Position numbers and translations under genes: made by a program
Assembly: GCA_030141605.1 (NCBI GenBank)
Contig: JAQGDQ010000632.1
Location: forward strand, 58,316 to 122,315
Direction of reading: 5' to 3'
Source of the DNA: Tubiluchus corallicola
Taxonomy: Eukaryota; Animalia; Priapulida
DNA length: 64,000 nt
Shown here: positions 10,201-22,200 of the stretch, piece by piece
Numbering within the stretch: the first letter of the stretch is position 1
Layout: every line of letters starts with the position of its first letter
The notes under the pieces: generated by a model
Seen by the model: only the letters and a program-made list of their open reading frames with translations
What the model was told of the DNA's origin: nothing
Database searches by the model: none

Positions 10201-13200
10201 TATGTTACATACTAGAAGAAATAGAAGAAATTATACATTTTGATATGAATAAAGAAGAAAATATTTTGTTTTCTATTTATTCACAAAAAATTATAACATT
10301 TCTGTTTATAATTTAACGTAGTGTTCTTAAAAATAACTAGAAACCTTCAAAATCATTGTCACTACCACCCTCATCGTCAAATTTTTGTGCAATTTCCGTT
10401 CTCTGTCTCAAACTTATAGAGTGTCTGTTCAGAAAACGTGTACACCAACCTGTGGGGCGATCCCCCACGATCCCCCTCCAATACACCACTGGTGACACAC
10501 AACCTAATAAAGAGTCAGATAGCGATGAAAATGTGTGGCTGGAAAATTGGAATTAGTGTCTGTCCTTGTGTTCATTTTGTTTCATGCGCATATAAGCCGA
10601 CCCCATGATTTCAGTATTGTATTTTATAGTTCTAAATTCGGCTTATATGCGAGTATATACGGTAACTCTTTTTTCCCGGCCTGGTAATAAATCTGCTGTA
10701 GCCAGGTCATTTTTGTCCACAGCTGTTACAGTTCACACGAAAATATTAATGTAATTGTCTTAAATGAAGTTTCAGCAATTGGGCTAAATGTTGTTTTATA
10801 TTTCTAAGGCTGCCAGAAGGAACATGAAACAGTCAGCGGAGGATAAGATGAGCAGAATTGCTCAGAACATACTCTCTAATCGGGTGCAAGAGCACGCGGT
10901 GCAGGCTGTTTTGGGCAGCGATGCTCCCGGGACATCAAAAACAACCTCAAAGAAAGCAACAACGACATTTGATGATATGTTTGTTCTCCCTCCAGTTGGA
11001 AACCACGCTGATGGGTACGTTGTCAATTAAACAATAAAAATTGTGACCATCTACAGACTTTTCATTGACAGAAGGACTTTCTGTTTAACACACTGATAAT
11101 AAATAATACCATAAGTTCAAAATGAAGAAGAATTTTGTCACTGAACTCCTCTGCCAGTAAATAATACCAAAGACGAATATGCATCTGATTTTGATAAATT
11201 AACTACAGTTTAATCTCATGCCGCCCCTCGCTATAACACCAACCTTGCCATAATGCTGAATTTTTCGTTGTCAGGATTTCCATAATGTATTATAATATGT
11301 TAAATATAGCGAGTACCACCAACATCGGCTACTGTCATCCGCCAAGATATCTGCAATGCTAAAAGTCTATTTTTCATAGTAAATATTATAATAATATTTT
11401 ACATATCCCATTATAATGCCAACCAAGAAGAAACACAGCGAACTGTTGCCAAAAGCAGCCACTGTATTGTTAAAACAATGACCTCTGCAGCAAGGAACGT
11501 GCATCTTAGAAGTATAAAAATTGCCTAGCTAAGGCTCACAGTATTGAACTAATGTGAACATAATGCTGTTGAAGCTGCTGTTTATACTCGCAGTCTCAAG
11601 GTTAGGTGATGATAAATGCTAAATGCAGCTGTTTAAAAACATTAATTTATGAAGTGAATTAATAAAAAGATAAAATATTTTACTTTTGTATATCACACAA
11701 ACCTGTTTGTTTATTTGCGAAAATTTGTTCAAGGTCAGCTGTTTCATTTTTTTGCAAAGAAGTTGGGTCACAAACTTCACATAATGATAAAAACATTGAA
11801 AATCTATTGCTGTGTTGAAGTACAAACACTTGGACGCATGATGTTTCACTTTAAGCTCGCATCCCATTTCACTAACCATTCATTAAACAACACGCTTGTC
11901 ATGCAAGCACTTGAGTTTGCATGGTAGTCTACCATCGACTTTGCAACACTTTATTGTACTGTGCATTTATCTCTGGCATAACAGCTAAATGATTAAAAAT
12001 GTTCTGTGAAAGGCAGCGGGAGCTTGAAAAGCAAAACCGCTAGGCAAAAATGATTAAATGTCCAGAAATTCTTGGGCAAGCAGGATAACTGCAGCAGACA
12101 GAGGGGACAAAGCAAAACCAGTAAGGTAGCATATTAGTGTATGATGAACATTCTTGTTTATGAACAAAACGGTACCTAACTGTACTTAGTTCTACGTATA
12201 TTAGAGCACAAAAGTGAACTAACATGACATAAAAGTCATAAAAGCTTATTGGTCTTACAAAAGTGTCTTATTGAAGCATGTGAAGCAAAAATATTTAGTC
12301 AATTATTTGACTAAGTTATTTGAGTCTATTATCATTGGTTTTTATATACTTTTCAATAGAAACGACCCGTACCGGACATTCTTAAGTCAATTATGCAACT
12401 TATTCTATTAACCGTGAGTGTAATAAATGATGCCTATTGTACCTTTTTCTGATACCAAAGTATAAACTGTATTCTGTACAAGTAGGATTGCAATCCAGCA
12501 GTGCAATAAATTCATCATTGCTCCATTTGAAGCCTGTACATTAACATAATTAACAGTTGCAGTTATTATTTTTTATTATTAGTACTCTTTACTGCCAAAA
12601 AATGGTGCGTACAATGTAAACATAAAATTAAAATCATATTTACACTAAAATTTGTGTGCAGCAAGTTTGTAAAAACTGTTAAAAGCCAAAGTGTCATTAT
12701 TAATAGTAATGATTCATTGATTAGTAATGATTAGTAATAATTAATATAAATATATATTAATTCTACTGGTATGGGCTTAATATATATATATAACATTCGA
12801 GGCTACAGCTTCGACGATGGCACCATTTGCGGCGATCTATACATCAAACGAAAGGTCTCGATCTAGTGTCGTCTCATAAATATTAATAATAGAACTTTGT
12901 ATTATTTTGAACTGCCATGTGTAATTAACTAGAATGATTTTGCTAATTTGATAAGTAAATTCCACAGTCATCGTTTATTCTACGCTGTTGTGGAAAATTT
13001 GGATAATCAATCGAAACTATAAACGAAAACATCTTAAGCCATTCATAGTGATTTTATAGTTTATCCCTGACTAATGGGGAAGATTATTTTATGAACTTTC
13101 TGAATTCACTACATTGAATGTTCACTTTATGAATAATTAGTCATTATCACTATATAATTTTTATATAAAAGGGATGAAGAAGATAGTGCTGTAATAGAAC

Positions 13201-16200
13201 CCTGGGAAGAGCGTCTTGCTGCTCGGCGTGCAATAGAAGATCGGTATCAGAACATTGACGATGTTAATATTAACTCTGAGGAGTTTTCGGAACTTCCCGC
13301 CGAAATACGTCATGAAATCTTGGTGGAATTGAAGGAAAGGAATAAACATAGATACCGCATTGACACTGAAAGCGTACCTGAGGTGTGTGATGTCTGATGT
13401 TACCATAAATGATGTTCATGCATTTAGTGATAGGAGATTTTGAAATTTTGTAATTTTATTCTTGTAATTCGATATCATGGTTAATCTTTTGCGGCAATGT
13501 TTTAGTGTTTTAGTCATTATTTTTCAATGATTGCAGTGAAATGCAGCCTATAAACTTCCTTTGTGGTATTCGTGTCGTTGTCTGCCAATCCTAAACTTAT
13601 TTTTATAGAAACGCTATGACTATGCATGTGCCAGTGAATTTGAATCCCTCCGTTTGCAATTGTGCGCATTGTGTAAGCCGAGAAACATGAAGAAGAAATG
13701 CAAAGATTCGTTTATTTAAACTAAAACACTGCCTTTTAGTGTATAATACATCAGCGTGTATTACATACATTTTGCTATTTTTATATATATTACATATATT
13801 GATTAATTGAATTACAATTTAAGTGCCAATTATGTCGACTTGTACATGGTTGTAATTGATTAATCTATTAATCGCCTGTCACTACATGTATTTTACTTTC
13901 GTATACTTTTCTGGTTGTTGTTGTTTTTCAAACTCTGATAATATTTCCAATAACAAGCTTTTTGTTTTGTAGGAAAGTTTAGAATTCTCCAATTTTCAAG
14001 TGGCGAATTTATTGCAGAGAAGTAAGCTTACCCAACACATTGAAGGTATTAGAAAAGAGATGAAGTCCAGGCAAGTTTTGATAGATTTATTTTAACAACA
14101 GTAATTATTGTACCCGTACTGTCGTCCAGGGGCATAGCCAGGATCTAAAGTTAGGGGGAGCAAACGCTTAAAATGCGCCGTGACACATACCAAACAATTT
14201 TTAATGCATTGATTATACATTTTAATTTTGTGCTTAAAATGAAAACACGAAGAAGATACTGTTTTAAATAAAGTATCGACTGACTCCAGAAAATTCTTCT
14301 GAGGCTAAGTGATTAAATAAAAATGAATCTTTTTTATCATACTAGTGAACTGAAGAGTTAAAAATTGTTGAAAAGGTGCCAGAATTTTGAAATAGTGCTC
14401 GGTGGTAGAAGTTGCTCTTCTTGCTCCTATTAGCTACACCACTGCTGCCATTTTGTTGCATTAGGAATAAATGTAATTCACTTTGGCATTTTATCTATGT
14501 ACATCTTTTAGGCCGTCAGCTGACATTGATCTACTCGCTCAGGTGGGCGGTGATGCTATACCTATTCAGGCAGAGTCACGCGCGCTGGCTTCCCAGGAAT
14601 CTACACATTACGTGTTGTTGACGGGACTGAAACGTGCCAGCTTTGAAAAAGGAGAGGCGGTCCAGTCGTCCATCTCTGAAGATAATAATAAGACACAAGG
14701 CGATGTTAGTACAAATAGTGATGTCAATGTGAAAAGCAAAGGGGCCAATGCTATGATACATTCACAGTCATCCTCTGTAATAGATTTAACAGAAGAGGCG
14801 AACCATGAAGAAGTAATGGAAAAAAGTGATAATGCAGTAGACGAGAAGTATTCTTCTGCTGGTGGGTTTGTTCTTGAAGATGACATTGTCGTTGCTGTTG
14901 ATGATCGAAAAGCACCTGAGCAACATCTGGTGCCAAGCGAAAGAAACGCTGAAACTTCAGAAACAACCGAAAAGATAATTTGCAACCGCGGAGAAGACAA
15001 AAAGTTGAATGTTGAACAAAGAGTGATGAAAGATGAAGCTACGAACAAGGATGCTGCTGTGCACAAAGGAAAGAGATGTTCGGAAGACAGTGGTGGTAGT
15101 CCATCAAAGAAATCAGCTTCCGTTTTAAGAGATCAAATTAATAAAGGTGAGTATTGTGTTTATTAACTTTTAGCTTCAGATCTCGTTTTTTTTTGTTTTT
15201 GTAACTAGAACTTTTTAAAAATCGTCTCACTATTTAATGAGTCAGACAAATTGCTTGCTTCCACAGTCTAAAAGAAGTTGCCAATATGATTTTTACTTAT
15301 ATAGTAATTTATATTGTTTTGTTGGTAATCAAGGATTTAAATTGTTTGAGGAAAATGATGCATTTTCTTGATCAAAAGCATGTTTTTCTTATTTATTAAC
15401 ATCTTTATTTTCAATTTATTTTATTTACTAATGTAACTTCAGTATTGTGTGTATGTATAATTTTATGGCAATAAACTTAAACTTAACCTAACCTTATAAT
15501 TGTATAATTAATGGTATAATTTTTCTGGATAAATTGCAGTTTTGGTGTTGGCAACAAAATGTCGCTTCATTTTCAAGAGGCAGCCATCCTGCTCTCTTTG
15601 CTCACATTTGCTTGTAAGTTTATAAGATAAAAAAATCCCTGTGGTGTAACTATATATGATAGACACAATTACAAAGAAATAAGGTTCATCTGTCATATGT
15701 CTTAAGGCTGATAATGTCACTTTCCTGTACTATGTATTATACCACAGGTGAGCAGTCGGTGAGTTTTCCTGGCACGACAGACAAAAACAGAAGGCTAGTT
15801 TACTAAGTTGCCATAAAGAAGCACACTCCGTCAGTATGCTTTTTAACTATTTTGCTCAAATCTGACTTCTGACTGATAATTTTTTCTTGTCGTAGAAGAA
15901 AAACCTGACACCACAGTGGTCAGACAAAAACCGGGTGACTTAGAAATAGAACAAAAACCATCGATCACCATTCAGATAAATCCCGACCGCATCCCTGCTG
16001 CAAGAGATGACCTGTTCCCAGCCAGCCTGTTTGAAGATTTGAAAGGGATTGGTAATTTGGAGAAATCTCAATATCCCGTTATTAATGTTCCTCCTGCTGC
16101 CGCTGCTGCTGCTGATGATGATGATGATGCGATGGTTAGAGAACCCGATTCCTTGCAGCTGGACTCACACAATGACCTGACGACAGTAAGTTTTATTGGT

Positions 16201-19200
16201 TGGTAGCATGAAATGAGTTGTCAAGTTTCAACAGAGGTGAACATATAATTCTAGAGAATATACTAGAATATTCTGCACAGCAACTAAAGAATATAAATTA
16301 GTCTTCTTTTTTTATATTGTGCTATAAGCATGTTTATTGTGGTGTGATGTTTGGTTACTAGTTGTGATGTATGGGCCAAAAAGTTGCTCTTTTCTTACAA
16401 TTTTGCCTATAGACAATACTACCATAACTGCTGAAATTGTTATTTTTTTGTATTTGTGGAATATTTAAGTATGTACCGCCCATCTAAAGTTACGAATGTT
16501 GCTTTTAACTGCAGCAAGTTCTTATAATCTCTTTTTATGGTTCATACTGGTCTTTTTAGATTTTTAATGAAACTTGTTAATGACTGACATATTGGTTTAA
16601 GTGATGCTGCAGCTCTTAAATCAGGAGGTACCTTGATGGCAGCACAAAACCCAATCTTACAGTATTCAAGGACGAAAGAGGGCCAACACTAATACTGCAA
16701 ATTTGTTTGTTTGTTCTATATATATATATATATATATGCAAAAGTACAAATGTGGGCATGAGCTAGTTTTGTAGGAGAGATTAATAGTTAATGAAAGAGT
16801 CTAACAGCAAGTTTAAGATAGGAAAGGTTGATCTCAACTTCAGTCTGGACATCAAAATGGGTTTACAGTTCCATTTCTGCTTTTTCTGGTAACAAAATTT
16901 AATACTACGCGACATAGATTTTTTACATCTTTTGGGCAGTCTTTTATAAGCTTTGGCCTTTGATTTTTTTTTCATTATAATTGCACATAGTTTTGAAGAA
17001 CTTATAAATTCCAACAAATTGAACTTGAATATAATCATTTGTTCTCGAATACAAATGTCGTTTGTTTTCAAGAATGGATTTTTTTAGGAAGGCTTCGTTA
17101 ATATCCTGATAATCTAAATTCTAAATTCTAAATTTGGCAATCTTAGGTTAACCACATGCTTTGCGTTTAAAGCTGCTTTCTTGCAATGTGAGGCTAGTTG
17201 TTACTATGGAAACAGTTTTGAAGTTGTGTTCTTTCATTTTTCATCAGCTATGCAAAAGTCACATGTGTTCTAAAACTAAAACATTTGTCAGTTGTGTAAG
17301 CCAAAAAGATGACACTCGGAGTAAGACATGTTTAACAGGTTGCACCAATCTGACAAAGCACTTAACAGGTGCTCGATAACTGTTTCGTAGGCAGGTATTT
17401 TTAGACACTTTTGGACATTTTACTTCACTAATTTTTGTTAACGGCTGTACTTTCAACACTTGTGTAACTATTGGTAATTTGCTGTTGTGATTCTGATGAA
17501 CAATGTTACCGTGTAGGAAGAGTTGGTGGATATTCAGAAGGTACTGGAAGCGGATGCAGCCGAACTCAGAAAGAAAAAAGAGCAACAGGAGAGAATGGCT
17601 ACCACGGTGAATGATTACATGTATGCAGATGCACAGGTAGACAGAGTATTATCTTTGCCTGTTTAACATTCGGCTGTTGTTTCCGATGATTTGACCTTAA
17701 TTTTTTTATATAATTTGGCAGACTGCAAGGCGAATTCAGCATTTAGCATCAAGGCCTACTCAATTTCGATGGTATTTGATTCAGGAACTGGATTCGTAAT
17801 CAACGCTATACTTTAGACCACTGAACTGGCAGGGATATCTTAGCCATGCGAATACATCTTCTTTCTGTGAAGTAAATACTCAGAATCAGCATGGTTAATG
17901 AAACCACCCAGAGTTAGTATTGAACCAGTTCACCTGTTCATTTACTAACTAACCTTGGTGATTAGCCATGCTGATTCTGTCTGTTTACCTAATAGAAACT
18001 ATTCACGCCTGCACATGGTTAAAACATCTCTACTAGCTCAGTGGCTTATCTTAGGGCTAAACTTGAATCACCTTACAGACTACCTTTTTGCATCCAGGGC
18101 TTGCATCGGCCGTAACGCTGTATAAAACGTGTAAATTTAAACTCCCGTGATGATCGTTAGGCGCAACCATTTTAATACCACTTGAAACAAGTTTTGATAA
18201 GATTGTGTGAAGTTTGAAAAAGTAATCAGAGCATTCGAAGCATACATGTTTAAGCATACATACTTAAATAAAATTTTAAATTACTGTATCTTGTTAATAA
18301 GATTAAAAATACGTTTTTAGCTAGTGAGTGGCGCACCCTGGAGGGTGAATCATCGACATTTTACCTATTTGCACAAACATTTTAAATTATTAGTCTAATT
18401 ACATTAGTCTTTCCAGCAGGTATGTGAAATGCTAAGTAATACAGGTGTGCACGGAAAGTTTTCTGGGACATAATTTTATATTGCCTTTTCTTCCGCTGAT
18501 TTACGTGGCGTGGTGATGTCATGTAATGGCGCCATCGGAACAGTATTGCAGGAGATTTAAAATGGTAATAAATGAAAATTCCTTTCGACTCGAAAACAAT
18601 ACATGCATAAATTGCTGTAAAGCAGTATAATTTTTAAGGCGATTTTTTTGAAACCTACATCTGGTGCCATTTGTCTTGTCCTTTAAAAAGAAATGACCGA
18701 TTGCCAATATTTTATTCATTAGTTCACAGTAAAAACTGGTTGGTCAAATTACTCATAGAAATGAATGAAACTATTTTACTATGACCGTTTCCTAGTTTCT
18801 TTGTTTTTTCCAGGAACTGCTTCAATTATTTGGCATCCCGTACGTTGTTGCTCCTATGGAAGCTGAAGCTCAGTGTGCCTTTCTCGATGGCGCTGACCTT
18901 TGCAACGGTGTCATTACAGACGACAGCGACGTCTGGCTTTTTGGTGGGCGGCGAGTTTACAAGAATTTCTTTAATCAGGATAAAACAGTTGAGAAGTTCC
19001 AAAATGATGACATAGCAACTGAATTAGGTATGAATCAGGGCTTACATAGGCACATGTATCTGTGAAAATGTTGGAGGAAACGTGACAATGGTGTCATTTG
19101 CTTCAAATTTAACCTGAATTTTTAACTTTATTTCAACGATAGTTTTCCCAACAAGGCGCTGCTAGTTTGCCAATTTTGTATGTTTCCAATTTTTCAAGCA

Positions 19201-22200
19201 AGAACATAACAGATAAAATCGTTCAGTGTTTGGATAGTGATGTTGTGTCCAAGATCTAGGGATGTTAACAATAACGTTACATATCGTTACGAAAAATCTG
19301 TTTTTATCGTTATTGTATTGATATTGTTCTAGGAATGTCAGTATCATATCGAATTTGGCACGTATCGTTCCTTATCACTTGCTTTTCAAAAGTCACTTGA
19401 CTTTTATTTTCTATTTGCTTACAGTGACTGTGCAAAGAAGTGAATAAAAGGAATATTTAAAATTATAAGCTTGTCAGACACCGAATCATTTTCTTGAACT
19501 TTCACCTGGCAATAACAACTATCTTCATTCTGAATCGTACTGACAAAGTGTAGGGATCCCTTTACACACTTTGATACTGACGCGCATATGTCAGATACAC
19601 AGTACCCGATGTCAAATACATCGCATCGTATTTTTAGTGTCGCTTTCCCAGTCATGTGCAGCTCGCATAGATAATATTTTTATCGCAGTAATATTTTTAT
19701 CTGTCGCAGCTTACTTATTTACAAATCATTATGACAAACAAACTTGTGTTTCATAACTAGCAGCCATTTAAGTATACAGCACTGAATGCACTTAATAATT
19801 TTAGTTTTTAATGATACTTTTTCTGTTGTTGCATAAATTGTCTAACTTCGGTATCATTTGTATCGTCTAGAAATAGTTTATCGTTATCTTATTATTGGGA
19901 AAAAGTATTGTGTCGTATTGTTATTATATCACCAGATTTGTATCCTTTAACTTCCCTACTAAGATAATAAAATAATTGTATTCAATGTTCAAACAAACTC
20001 GCCTTTTCTGAAAGTATTGTAAATTAACCTTTCTTTGACATATTGTTGAGATTTTAATTGCTTTTTGATAACACGCCTCAGTTAATAAAAAAAAACTTTT
20101 GGTCAATAAATTCACAGTCTCCTTAGCATTTCTTCAGGATAAAGTTCTTACTAGCTGCCATCTTGCATTGATGATAGCAACTAAATTGATAATTTTTTAT
20201 TAGGGTTATGTAGAGGTAAACTAATCAATCTTGCGATGCTTGTGGGAAGTGATTACACACCTGGTGTACACGGCGTCGGTGTCATATTAGCGATGGAATT
20301 GCTTGGCGAGTTTCCGGGCGATTCCATAGAATGTCTGCGTGAAATGAAGTAAGTCAGTGGTTTTCCGAATATTCCCAGTGGCAGCTGTTGTTATATATAA
20401 GTAACTTTTGTTTCTGCTGATCATAATGTTTAGATCACGAATGTTTCATTATGAACATTATTGTTAATCACACATTAGCAAACAGAGTTGTTTGATTTCT
20501 TCTAAATTGTACTTTTTATGTTGAACTACATTTTAAGACCCAACTTTTTTGGCACCTACCTTTGTTTGCTTTAGATATTTGAGAAGGCTTTTCATTTAGT
20601 ATAGTATTAGTCCTTAATCTCCACGATTAGGACTGGTTTCTTCTCAGACTTATGAAATCTTTTGAGCGCCAAATTAGGTTGATTTTTTTGCATTATGAAG
20701 TTGATTCGCTGGTAGAAATTTCGTTAATACTTTTTTCCAAGCAAAGAAACCATTAACAACATTAATAAAACAGCTTTTGTCTGCTTCTTTTTTCTGAAAA
20801 ACGTATGTCATGGGATCCGTGTCCCACAGTTTTAGCTCAAAAAGAAGCATTTTGCTTTGGATGCTTGATATTGTTTAGAACTGAACAGTTTTTGACTTTT
20901 TAACTTATTCATGTTTAGCTATGATAGCTTTCGTTGATTGTAAATTTCTTAAAAATAGATTAGCAACAAGAAATGATAAAGTTACCCACAGTCATACCAA
21001 ATATTTGTTTAGCCAAGATATTCATCAGCCACTAAGCTAACACACGGAACTAAAAGAACTAACATTTTTTCCTCTTTTAGGAAGTGGTGGGATCTTTCCC
21101 AGCAGCAAGAGAAATTTCCAGAAGTGACAAAAATCAAGTCTCGTTTGCGTAAGCTCGATATTCCACCAACGTTTCCTAGTCAGGTCGTGGCAGATGGTTA
21201 CCTTCATCCAGTGGTGGACAACTCACTTGAACCTTTTTCTTGGAGCACCCCAGACCTATGCAGTCTTAGGGAATATCCTTTATTGCACACACTTCGCTTA
21301 AACACTAAAAAAAATCTGTTGTGCTTTGTTCATTATTTACCATTTGAGATAAGAGTCCACAGCAGCAAAGGAAAGTAATGACTCGTGGTTTGGGAATTTT
21401 AACTTCAAAACAAACAACAAACTTTGTTTCCAGCTTTTATTTAATTTGCAGAAATATATCATTCTAGTTGTGTAATTTTGTTATAGGGTTATTGATTTTT
21501 CTGTTTTTTTTCTGAAGTATTTCCTGCTTTTTGTTTTGTACAAAATATCGCCACTAGGACATTGACTTAGTAATTGCTTGTACTAAGAGGTACCTCATGA
21601 ATGTCGCCTAGTTAAAAAAGCTTCCTGATTCAGTGAAGCATTTTGCCGTTAAAAAGGTAACGAAAAAGCTGACACAGAGGCAGTAACTTTCCGGCAGTCA
21701 CTCTGTAAACACTCCGTCTTTCATGCACTCTCTCTGGTGAAATAGGCTTTAAACTGCTTCAAAGTTTGGCTAATTAGAAAAGGTTATCTCTCATCGTTCA
21801 TATCTCTTATCAAAGTGTTATGGTTGGAACAGTCAAAATAGAAAAGCGATTTATCTTAAAATAAACAGACTTGAACTCAACCTGCAGTTCAGTGTATTTT
21901 TGTCATCGCAGTGCGCTACAAAACGATCGTGGAAGAGAACCGATACAAAAGACCACAGTAACAATTTGTTTACAAGAAATGCGCCATACAGAAAACTATA
22001 ATTGTTTTGTTAGCTGAAAGTGTAGCCACAATTGAGAACCTCCCAAGGAGATGCCTCAAAACTATAATTGTATCCACGTTCTTCTAAACTCCTCAAAGTT
22101 CTGTTCTTACTGAATTACTATTACATATTATTTTTCTCTCATTGTAAATGCTTTAAGGACAAGAAAATGGCCAACCAAAGTAAGCCTCAGAAAATTCGCA

